From Nageia nagi (lineage: Eukaryota; Plantae; Pinophyta): DNA of 64,000 nucleotides. The stretch covers positions 84,878,001-84,942,000 of the forward strand of contig JBITNC010000001.1 of the NCBI GenBank assembly GCA_050084985.1, written 5' to 3'. Position 1 is the stretch's first letter, and every line of letters starts with the position of its first letter. The position numbers and the translations under genes are program-made. This document shows, piece by piece, positions 26,772 through 38,195 of the stretch. The notes under the pieces were generated by a model. That model saw only the letters and a program-made list of their open reading frames with translations. It had not been told where the DNA came from and made no database searches.

Positions 26772-27550
26772 GTGGAGCCCTTATCTTCTTCCTTGCTTGT
26801 GGAAATGCGTCCACTAATCAGAATTTACAAAGATGGATTCGTGGAGCCAAAGACATTACATTTGTTGCGGAGGCAGGGGTTTCCGTCCGACTGTACATTC
26901 CTCAATCCTTGGAGTCCGCCCAAGCACGAAAGGTTCCAGTGGTCGTATATATCGACGGTGGGTATTTCTGCATCGAATCCGTGGCTTCCCCACTTTGTCA
27001 CACCTACGTCGGCTCCTTTGCGAAGGAAGCCCACGGGATTTGCGTGTCGGTGAATTACAGAAGAACTCTCGAGCACCGTCTTCCGGCAGCATACGACGGC
27101 TGTTTGAGCGTTCTTCAGTGGCTGGACGCGCATGGTGGAGAAGGCGAGGGGTCGGGACTCGATCCTTGGATCAAGTCCTACGCCGACCTCAGCAGGGTTT
27201 TCTTGGCAGGGGACAGTTCGGAAGGAAATACTGTACACCAGGTGGGCGTTATGGCGTACGAAAAAAAGTAGGGATGTTTGCGGCTGGAAGGGGCATTGCG
27301 GTTCATCCGTTTTTTGGCGGAGTAGAGGCCATCGAATGCAAAATGGGGGCGGAAGCAGAGGCTTCTACTAAGCGTACCGAAAGTATGTTGAAGATTTGCA
27401 TGCCGGAGGTGGATGGCGTGGATAAAGATCATCCGTTTATTAATCCACAAGGTCTGTGCAAGGTAGCGTATAATCGGATTATTGTGTTTGTGGCGGAGAA
27501 GGATTTTCTCAAGGATCGAGAGCTCATGTACTACTAGGTTCTGAATAAGG
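26772..27550 (+). pseudogene. CXE: Carboxylesterase (CXE, alpha/beta-hydrolase_3; HIDH/TCE-like) copy 1, 5' part
   Basis: LIRIYKDG, VVVYIDGGYF (HGG changed to DGG), VSVNYRRTLEHRLPAAYD, FLAGDSSEGN, VHPFFGG, DKDHPFINP, VFVAEKDFLKDR. Start codon appears as GTG. Deletions and stops present. Confidence 0.93.
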
Positions 27551-27851
27551 TGTTGTGACTGAAATACAACATGCTTTAAAATCTTGCGATTTTGGGGATC
27601 TTCAATGTATTATGTATATACTTCGTTTTGTTGTCATCTTGTTCACTCAACTTGCATTTCAAAGACCCAGATTCTTGGATGACTCCTCTTAGTTTAAGCC
27701 TTTTTTTTCATCTAGGGTTAGTCATAACAAGTTAGAAATTACAAAATCCTCAAGAATGGCGAAATTTGGGAAGGATAAAAGTCGATCTTAAGTGAGCTAA
27801 GGAGTCTGGGAAGAGTTAGAGACCAATCATAGCAAATTGGGCATCTCCAAA

Positions 27852-28810
27852 GGTTGGCACATACTTCAAAAAGATAAAATCTTGACTTTTTGAACCATGT
27901 GATTGGACCTGGAGGCCATTTGATAGGAAGGAAGGCTTAAAGATTGAATCTGGGCACTTGGAAGCCTAGTGCATGCCTCCAGCAGACAAAATTTTATCTT
28001 TCCTAGGCATGCATCAAACATAGGAAGCTGAGTGGAGTGAAATGGAGCATGAAAAGTCTAAGGCAAAGGCACAACAAGGCTGGCGCATGCTTCAAAAAGA
28101 TAAAATCTTATCTTTTTGAACCATGCAACTTGGCTAGGAGGACAAGTTGAGCAAGTTCGGAGATAGGGAAGTGAATCTTTGGCTCATAGGAGGCTGGCAC
28201 ATACCTCAAAAAGATAAAATCTTATCTTTTTGAACCATGCACCAAGCCTAAAAGGGTTCCCTATTCGAGCAAAGGAGAAAATTTTGACAAGTCATCGACC
28301 CACAAACCCTAAGACCAACTCAGGCATACCTAGAGGGGATGATGCATGACCTCAAAAGATAAATTCTTGACTTTTTGAGGCATGCATCAAGCCTAGAAAG
28401 CCTCCAGGATCCAAGAAAGATGAAAATTTGGCTAAGGTATTAGCACTTAAGTATCAAATCCTAGAAAATAGGCCAATTAGAGGCTAGCGCATGCTTCAAA
28501 AAGATAAAATTTTATCTTTTTAAACCATGCAACTAAGTTGGATGGGCATGTAAGACTGATGTATATCTCAAAAACTCACAAACTTGAGTTTTGGAAGCAT
28601 GCATCAAGCCCACAGGTTGTCTAGGTTGAAATGAAATAACAAAATTGACAAGTCTAATCGATAGGAAGACCAAAAATTAGGTTACTGGGTGAGTTGGGTG
28701 ATCAATGCAAATAAGTAAATAGGTAGAAGACCCAACATTGGGAGCATACTCACTCCCAAGATTGGCACATGGTTCAAAAAGTCACTTTTTTATTTTTTTT
28801 CCATGGGCCA
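27852..28810. repeat. Array of ~8 palindromic ~50-bp repeats with variable spacers inside the solo LTR
   Basis: Consensus AGGCTGGCGCATGCTTCAAAAAGATAA-AATC-TTATCTTTTTGAACCATGC. Copies start near 27852, 27963, 28077, 28191, 28336, 28481, 28553 and 28759. Confidence 0.88.
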
Positions 28811-29191
28811 AGCCAAGTTGACCATCAAAACCCTAACATCTAGGCACAAATGACTTTGCATGTAATTTTGGGTTAACACACATCTCAAGGTCAACCAGAT
28901 GGATGGTTAAGATTATGTATCAATAACCCTAGCTGACTAAGGCAAGCTAGAATCTAGATAGGCTATATATAAAGCCTATGGACCTTATTTTATCAAATAC
29001 AAAACTTGCTTCTCTTCTACCCTTGCACCAAAATAGCAGCAAATTATAGATTTTTATGCCTAAACATCATCATTTGTACATCCTAGAGCTTGCATAACTG
29101 CTTAGGAGGCTAGCTACCACCACATGGATATCTTTTCCACCTAGACACCCATGCATAATCCTTGAGGAGCAATGTTGCAAGCAAGATTGCT

Positions 29192-32100
29192 ATGACCTCC
29201 TCCAAGGGTAATTCAGCTCCAGACTTCGCTAGGGAGCTCGAGCAATTGAAACAAGATTACATCATCTCCATTTGTCAAAGACAACAAGCCCTTCCCCAAG
29301 GGGCCAAATTCTCAAGGAATGGTTTTGCAACCATCAAAGATACAAATTGACAAAACATTGACCCTATGCAGATGAGGGAGAGATTTGAGGCCTTCCCACC
29401 ATTGACCTAAAGTAGGACATTGTCTTCTTCTCCAAACTCTCCACTTGTACATTCATTCCATTCATAATCCCATTCCTTGAATTATGCATGGAAGTCAATC
29501 ACCATTGGTGGAAGGGAGAGAGAGTCCTTCAAGATATCAGGGGAAACATTATTATGGACTTCCACCCCAAAGCTATCAATGCAACATTTCAATGGACTAT
29601 CGTGGGTGATTACGAGTATGGCAAGGCCAGGTCACTAGCATGCTACTAGGAGACTCCTAGCGTAGACATTGCTATCAAGAGTTGGATGTTGGAAGAACAT
29701 CATGAATTGAAGGGAAATGCACTCATCAACACTCCTCACTCCAACTTCTAACTTGCAGTTGAGTTGATAATCCTCATGTTATCTAGAGTTATTTGGAAAG
29801 AAAATGCTTCAAAATTAAGGAAGGAATTCTTTGGGGTTCATTCTTGAGATTGTTAGAGGAAAAAGAATCTAATGGAGCAAGGTGTTGAGCGACAAGGTAG
29901 CTAGTTAGTTGTCTTCCATAGGCACCATTTGCAAATTTTACCTTAATGCATACCTAGTGTCCATGTTGCTTCATGACAAATATAGAGTTACAGCATAGGG
30001 TGAGATGGCTTGGATAGAAAGGGGGACCTATTCCATCTAGAAGTGTTACCCCAAATGGAAGTTAGAGAGAAGGTGGAACAATTTCACAATGAAAAATGAT
30101 GGATGGCACTATGAAATATACAAGGAGCTTAAGGGAGAGATCATGGTTGAATGGATCTCCAATTCAACCCAAGATGCTTTGAGGAAGTATGGGGACTTCT
30201 TCCTCCATCACCAACACTTCTACATTCATATACATGGATCATCCATATAGCACTATTAGTTTCAAAAGTTCATGAGTAATAGGATATTGTTAATGGAGAT
30301 GATGAGGCAATTGGCCTTCCTACATGAACAAGTATGGTAGAAGAAATTGACCACCTTCAATCTATCAATAGCCATGGGAGAATATCAATGTAAGTTTTGG
30401 ACAGATGTGGATGCCATGAAAGAAGAGTTGGCTAGATACACCTTTAGGAAGCTATCAATAGTCGAACACTATGATTTGGATCATAGGATGTACTCATTCT
30501 TCATAAAATAAAGGAAGAAACCTTATGAGCATAAACCACTTGTAGATGAGGATCCTTTCTAGAATATTAGCAATGAGGTAGAAATGAATAAGATAAGGGA
30601 AAGGGTACATAAGTATTCCAATGATCAGCAACACTATATGGAAGCTACAATCAACAAGAGACTCTCGTACCATAAGGGAAGAAGACCACAAGAGTCTACT
30701 TCTAGGGTAACATAGTTCTCTCTAGTAGATGAGATACCACTTGGATAGTATGCATCCATGCATGGTAAGAATCTAGTTGAGCAAGTTGTACAATAGGTAC
30801 AAGCCACCATGGATGAGCATGATGTAAGAGAGAGCATGTGGCCATAGACAAGGTAGTGAGGTGTGTAAGGAATAGACATTAGGATCCCTCTCTACCACCT
30901 AAATGACCTAGAGCCATAAGAGTTGTGCCTTCACCTGTTGTTCCACCATCCAAGATGTTAGCTTCTGGTCCCTCATACTAACTTGATGAAAATTAAGAGG
31001 AAGGGAGGGTTGAAGAATCAAAAGATGAATAAGAAGTGAATGCAACCCAAGATGAGGAGATCCTAGATGCACAACAATAGGATGAGTCCATGGAGATATT
31101 GGGAGTGACCAATAAGCTAGTAGGATTAGAGCAATCTGTAGGGAAATACAAGGACCCAGTGTTGGAGATAGTATAAAAGAGAGCTTGATTGAAGAGGACT
31201 CAATAGTCATGGGAAACATAAGCTTTAGGTGAATAATGTGAACAATAATATAGACCCTACAAGAGACCAAAGAGAAGTACTATTACCATTTAGGAGGCTA
31301 TTGTGGACACTTATCATCCATCACCTATGAATGAGTGGGGTTTCAACATGGAGTAGTTCCTTGATGTATTTAACATGGATGTCGAGGAATATTTTGTGGT
31401 GAAAAAGAAGAATGATCATCATAGAGGGAGCTCCACCCACCTAGGGAAGACCCAGACATATGTGCATTTAGTTGATTATGCCATAGACATCAAGACCATT
31501 ATAGCTAATAAGGATTATCTGCAACACCCTAAAGACCTTAGATAAATTAACTAGATCATTAATACAGGTTCGATCAGTTTGGCTGGTCAAAAACATGAAA
31601 TCATCTCTAATGCTAAGTCCATTATCAAAGATGCTATGATGAAATATAAAGATATCAAATGCCTCAAGAAGGATTTAATTGCATAGAAGAAATTGATTAG
31701 ACAACTGGAATCAACTAAAGTACCCACTAAAGAGCTCTAAAATATTAAGCTACTTAAGGAGGGTATGATTGCAGTCAAACAAAAGCATATAGATGAGGTA
31801 TTAGTAGTAGCACAATAGTTCATTAGTGCATTAGAGAGGATATCATTCTAGTAGCAAAAGCTCAAGGACATCATAGTGGAGGGAACCAATCTTCTCAGGA
31901 TTTGGATTCTAGATGATCCATGATCATGCAGTTTTAGATGACATGGAATTGGAGGCTAGAAGATGTGAAGTTCTATGAAGAGTATTGTTTCTTCTTTGGA
32001 GTGGTTAATCAAATAGCTACTTGATTCTAGGAAGTGTAGAAGGATGTTAAAAAGCTTAATAATAAGGTAAACATTTTTCTTGATCAAATGGAGTTCTTGG

Positions 32101-32410
32101 TCAAGTTCCTTAATGATGATGCTACCATCAAAGACAAAATCATAGTTGTGGTAGAGGGACACTTCCTTCATAGCTTGATCATGATGGAGGACATCAATAC
32201 TTTCCAGATTGGCAATCACCTAGAGCATTTGCTCAAAGCTCATGCATGGGAGAAGGATATGCTAAGGATCATGGAGAAGGTAGAGCATAGCATGGTGAAG
32301 AATGGGTTGAAGCTCTCAAAGATGCTACATGGATTGGAGCTTACAATCAAATTCTTGGATGATGACTTTGAGGGATGTGTTAAGGAATTGGACCCACCAA
32401 CCTTCTATTC
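29192..32410 (+). pseudogene. Uncharacterised ~1000-codon LTR-embedded accessory ORF (decayed)
   Basis: The reconstructed frame includes RNGFATIKDTN, LIILMLSRV, RGKRI*WSKVLSD, FYLNAYL, MKNDGWHYEIYKEL, ALRKYGDF, LAFLHEQV, GEYQC, MKEELARYTF. Collinear with the minus-strand ORFs at 45588-48648 and 54035-57064. TATA CTATATATAAAG near 28963. The 3' end is approximate. Confidence 0.75.
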
Positions 32411-33511
32411 ATATTATTTGTTATTTTTTTATTTCATAATTATTTGGGAGACGTTAATTTATTTGTCAATAAATTCCCAAGTTTGTGATGGATGAGGATT
32501 TGCTCCCATGAACTTGGATGATATCTTGTAATGCCATGTGGTGTATTTTTATTGAACCATGCTTTATTTCTTGGAAATTGCAATTAGGGTTAAGGAAACA
32601 CTTTGGGTTGCTCCAAAACTATATATAGCCCATTTGGGCTCATTTGTAAGGGGATTAGACATTTTACAACTTGGGCCACTTACATATTACTATCAAATTT
32701 ACAAGTTTCCCTTTGAGCAATTGTGATATAATTTCAAGGAATTAAAGTGAGCTTATTTCCATTTGAGACTATGAATGTGAATGAGTGTTACATGTTAATG
32801 CTATATTGAGTATTTTAGTAATTTTATAAACCTTCCAGGTGGATAAAAGAGTCCTTGCATATCTTTCAAAATATTTTAGGTTTTTTTATTGTGACGTTTC
32901 ATAGTTTGCACTTGGGATTAATATGTTCTAAGATGACTTATGTATGTCATTTAACATAGGAACTTCACCCCATGATTGAGTCATACCCATGCCTTACCTT
33001 TCCTTTCATTGCCTTAGCACCAAGCTCCTCTCATCAGGACATTCATGTCATCATCCCTCGAGTTGGAATTGGGGTGTATGGAACCTATACCAAACCTGCA
33101 CAAGTTCAATCTTAAAAGGCCATATTAATCAGTGAAAACATAGCCCTAGAGCTCAATTCATATATCACCATCTATTCATAATATTTTTTTTTAATTCTTT
33201 TTGTATTTCCTTTACATGACTTTTGCAATAGACCCCTTTTTATTTTTCTTTGAGAAACAACCGTAACTAGATTAGGAACCCTTCGAGCCCTTGAGTAACA
33301 AATTTTATTTGAGTTGGTGACAACTTTAAACATCTCCACCTTTTCACCTGAGTGAATCCTTGTACTCTTCACTTTCAAACCTTTGAGGTAAAAGTCTTCA
33401 TAACAGGTAGGGGTTATGCCCTACAACTCAAGTGTTGGAGTCTTTCCATGAGCCTTGTGACATCATTCGCTAATGTGCAGGGGTAGGAAAGAAAAAGCCC
33501 CCAATAGAAGG

Positions 33512-33636
33512 CAAGAAAAAATATGGAGGTGGTGGTAACAAAAGGTGAAAAACATGTGTTTCATCTGTTCAATCCAGAGCTAGAGAAGGCAACCATTATA
33601 ATGAAGTTGATTTGTGGTTTCATTCACTCATTTCAG
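33512..33636 (+). pseudogene. CXE: Carboxylesterase copy 1, 3' part (after the solo LTR)
   Basis: KNMEVVVTKGEKHVFHLFNPELEKATIIMKLICGFIHS aligns to CXE-2 42692-42816. Confidence 0.92.
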
Positions 33637-33922
33637 CAGTATATATATATATTTGGTGCTAATCAATTTACTTTTTTTCTAAAATTATGAACTTTCATTT
33701 TTTAACTATTGCAATATTATTTTCAAAATTTACAAAATTGGAGTTAAATAGTGGGTTTTGAGCTTTACTAGGGTTTTGAGCCAAATTCCATTGCATGCAT
33801 CATTTCTTATTCACATTTATTGACACTCTACTATACTTTCATAGGATTAATTTGCTTTTTGAATTGATTTCCTTTTAAGGTTGGTGTGATTTCCTTTGGT
33901 AGCCCCTTAGCCCTATTTATTT

Positions 33923-35170
33923 ATGGATTCACCTCATTCGACAACTTCACCCCTTAATGAAGCAGTTGGAGGAAGTAATGGTACTAATGTTGAGTAATAG
34001 ACCCCACAAGTTCATGCTAAAAGTATTCCACAAGGTAATATTCTTGATAACACTTTTTTTGTGTTCTATTGAGTAATTTTGATGGTTTAGTTCAATGGCT
34101 TGAGACCCACACTTTGATTAGGTATTTTTTGGGTAGATTCCCTAGTGAGTCAGTCTTGTATTCATGAGTGAAGTAGACTTGGGCTCCCCATGGAGTTAAA
34201 ATTATTGGTATGCAAAACCTTACAAAAGGTTTTTTCTTATTTCATTTTACAACTCCTCTACATGCACAAGGAGTTTTGGCCCATGTCCCTTTGTCCATTT
34301 GTAATACTTATTACTTTTTTAGTCCTGGTACCAAGATTTCTTTGCAAGGAATGTTGTGTCCCTTGAGGTTCCCATTTGGGTTGATTTCCCCAATTTGTCT
34401 TTGCCTTTGTGGCCTCATTTTTTATAGTATTATCATTCCCCTTAGAGAGTTTGTTTGCCAATATGAGGATAAGTTTTTATTTCTATTCATCCTCACCATC
34501 GTTACTATGTGAAGGTTGATTTGTCTCAAGACCTTCAACATCAAGCTGATATTCACATAAGCAAGACCAAGTACCATCAGAAAGTCAATTATATCAATTT
34601 ACTAAATATTTGTTATAGGTGTCAGTATAATACTCACATGATTTGTGAATGTCCTTTGATGGAAAGTAATTTTGAGCCTAGGTAGGTAGCTGTAGCCCCC
34701 CCTAGTGGAAGTATTCCCAAGCTTAATTTAGCGGGAATAGTTCCTTGTTACTTGAAAAGGTAGGAATGAAAAAAATAGTAATATTTCAAATGAAAAACCT
34801 TCTCCTCTAGAAGGTGGTTCTAGCCTGAGTAACACTTCTAATGTTACTAGGAAATAATTTATTCATGAAGGTGGTTCTATTGTATTCCTTCAACTTCCTC
34901 TATCTTAGCTAGTTGAGACTTCATTGACACTTATACTACACTTGGCAATGGTTTCCTCTTTTGGGTTAATTTTCTTGAGCTCCCAAGATACTATTATTGT
35001 TCATTCCCCTCCTTGAGGATAGGAAATGTTTCAATCACATGGAGGCTAGAAGTCTTATATTCATCCCCATGGTTCTTTTCATCTCGAGAAATGACACCAT
35101 TTTGCTCTCATTCCAAAGGATTAGGAAGATTTTTTGTGTAATCCTTATGAATCTCTTTCTAAGTTTAAGG
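33923..35170 (+). pseudogene. LINE ORF1 (DUF4283-like plus CCHC zinc knuckle)
   Basis: NLTKGFFLFHF, FPIWVDFPNL and CYRCQYNTHMICECP motifs. Limits are approximate. Confidence 0.7.
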
Positions 35171-37914
35171 ACTTAGAGGAGGAGAAACTTGAAATTACGG
35201 ATCATAATTTTTCATCATTTTTATGTATTGGAATGTTAGAGGGTTGTCAGACCCTGTATGCAAATATTTGGTCCATAATGAGATTACTACTTGCATGCAT
35301 CAGTTAGGTGCATTCAATTTTTTGTATTTACAAGAAATAAAAGTGTGAAGTTTCTATCTGTATTTAGCTTGCATTGCAATTTGGTTGAAGAGCCACTTTT
35401 AAATTACTAATCATTAAAATAGAAAAGGCGATGTTGCTTTATTTATTACTAAAAGGTGGCATTCTCATTTTGTTACTTGGGGAACTGATCCCACCAACCA
35501 AGCCATGTGGGTCATTATCAAGGTGGCTAGTACATCCTTTAGTATTTTAAACATTTATAATTTAAAAAATATGTTTGAGCACTATTCTTTATGGCAATGG
35601 ATTGCTTTTTCTCTACCTCAAGCCATATGGATCATGTGTGGGGAATTTAATATGATTGATCATGCTTTTGATAATATTTACATTCATCTTGCTAAGTGGC
35701 CTAGTGGGAAGCATCACACCCGGTACTTAATGTGAAATATGTTAGGTTTTATTGATCATAATGCTTGTTTTGTTCTAACTAATTTTCCATGTCATGTTTG
35801 GTACACATGATCCAATTTCCATGCTAGAGATGCTTGTATCATAGGTCATCTTGATTGTGCCATGTTATATTACTAGTAGATATTTTTCTTTCATTGATGT
35901 AATCACTCGATGCCATTTGTGGAAGTTATGTCAAGCACCACCACCTCATACCATGCATCGATTTAGTTCACCATTACTCATGATCATTTACCTCATGTGT
36001 GATGCATGACTTAGTTCCTGAACACATTATTTCTTTATTATCCTGCTATGGTTGCTCATATTCATTGTATTTGAAACTTGGTTCCCTATCCTCTTGATAG
36101 TTTTATGTACATTGAGTGCTAGAATTGTGTTATCTCTCACACCACGATGCTACTTTGCACTCTTGGGCAGAAGGTTGCTCAATCCTGACATCATTCTAAT
36201 GTTGCTTTATAGAGGGAATTGGTTAGACTTATGTTGTAGTTGGATGCTGATCCTTTCACTACTGCACTTAAAATTTTAGGCTACTCAAATTCACCAAGAG
36301 CTTAATATTGCATACATTTATGAAGCCCCCAATGCTCAAATTAAAGTCATGATGCATTAGCTTAAAGTGGATAATAGGGTGACCAAGAAAATTTTCACTT
36401 GGCTCTAGGTCCCTTGTCAAGCTACTCAATTCAAATCCCTTGATGGTCAAACTTAGGTCACCGTTCTTACTGATATATGTAAGATTTTTGAGTAGCATTA
36501 CTCTCATATTTTTGCTTCGCAATAACCCAATGCTCAAACCCTTTAGGTTATTTCTACTTTTATGGATACCATCCCCAATAAATTGTCTACTTCTCAATGG
36601 TTAGATTATGACTAGCCCCTACTATTGGATGATTTAAAAAAGGCTCTTACTCATATGGCCAATGAAAAACATTTAGGGTTAGATGGTTTCTCTTTTGAGT
36701 TTTTCAAAATTTTTTGGGATATGATTGGTCCTAACCTTCTTAAGGTTTATCAAGAGGATATGCATTGTGGGTCTTTGGGAAAAGTAATCAATAAATACAT
36801 GATTAAGTTCATTCCCAAGCTAGGTGATCTTGATATTATTATAGATTGACACCTATTGCTCTTTTAAATGCCAGTTATAAGATTATAGCTAAAGATCTTA
36901 CTTTAAAGTTACAACCTCTCCTTCCTCTGATTGTTTGGCCTAAGCAAACTAGTTTTATTAAAGACCATTATATTCTTGATAATGTTTTAGTTATCTTAGA
37001 AGGAATGGAGTGGCTCAGGACAAGCCAACATGCTACTCTTTTTGTTAATATTGATTTTGAGAAGGCTTATGAAAGAATTGAATGGCATTTTATTCTTGCA
37101 ATGCTTAAAGCTCTTTAGTTTGGGTAATATTTTATCCATTCAGTTCAAATTTTATTTCAAGATGTAGTTGCTCCACGTTCCATTAGTGGTTCACACTGCT
37201 TTGCTATTGATCAGTTTCATTCTATGCATCAAATTTTCCCTCTAGCCTCTTCTCTTTAGATTTTAGCTATTGAAGCCTTTGGTTATATTTTAGCTCAAAA
37301 GGTGTCTATAGGTAATATTAAGGGTATCTCTCTCCCTTTTTCCTAGTCCCATGTTTTTAATGATCATTTTATAGATGACACTTTCTTAATTTTGAAAGAA
37401 GAAGATAAGTTTGTTCATCATGCCATATCTTATCTTAATACCTTTTACCAAGATTCAGGTTCAAGTGTACAATGGTGTAAGACCTCTTATTATTGGCATT
37501 CTATCAATATGCTTTCCTGGCTTCAAATATTTTAGTGGTATTGGATTACTCCTAGGGAAGTGTTTAAATTTTTAGATATCTCTTTTGCCATTCAATCATC
37601 CCCTACCAAGATTTGGTTTGTTGTGGTTTAGAAGGTTTAGTAAAAGTTGGAGTATTGGTTTACTAAGAAACTCTCCTTGGTTAAGAAGTTTCAAATTTGT
37701 TCCAAGGTTTTTGATGCTACTTATATTTATTACTCATCTTGTTGAGTTCTCTTTAAGAGTTATTTTCTCAAAATTGAGTGGCTTCTCAAGGATTTATTTT
37801 GGTCCAATTGTAAAGATAAAAGGGGTTTTCATAGGGTTTCTACCAAAAATTGTTGTCTCCCTCATTCTTTTGGTGGTATTGGTATTTTTAATTTCCATAG
37901 GTAAGGTACCACTT

Positions 37915-38191
37915 TATTAAGATCCTGGGTATATGGATAGGTTAGCCTTTTGGTGTAATAGTTCATAACATTTGGTATCAGAGCAGACCAAATGTCCCAA
38001 GTTCGAATCCCCTAAAAGGGTTGCCATGGAAAGGGTTACCTAGCAAAGACTAGAGTGAGATCTACCATGAGTGAGAGCTACCATCAATGATACTTGTTGA
38101 GAATGTTAGATGCAAAACTTGGTGGAATGTTATGATCTTATATGTGCGGATTCACTAATAGGTTGTCCTTTTGGTGTAATGATTTATAACA
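37915..38191 (+). mobile_element. TRIM (miniature non-autonomous LTR element) with tRNA-like A/B boxes
   Basis: Mini-LTRs at 37915-37970 and 38128-38191, both ending CCTTTTGGTGTAAT...ATAACA. Canonical tRNA-iMet PBS TGGTATCAGAGC at 37973-37984. Purine tract GGTGGAA before the second LTR. Confidence 0.8.
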
Positions 38192-38195
38192 TTAA

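Larger units (their letters stand above)
27551..33506 (+). mobile_element. ~5.96-kb solo LTR (gypsy-like) inserted in the CXE-1 coding sequence
   Basis: Termini TGTTG...CAATA (decayed CAACA). TSD TAAGG/GAAGG at 27546-27550 and 33507-33511; CXE-2 has a single GAAGG. No internal repeat of either end and no gag/pol seen. TATA-like CTATATATAG near 32618. Confidence 0.85.

Noticed and set aside
27852-28810. CRISPR array
   Set aside because: Eukaryotic LTR context, no cas genes, degenerate repeats and very unequal spacers. Kept as a palindrome array instead.
37945-38021. Genuine tRNA gene
   Set aside because: The anticodon loop is oversized and holds a PBS, the T-stem is broken, and it lies within a TRIM.
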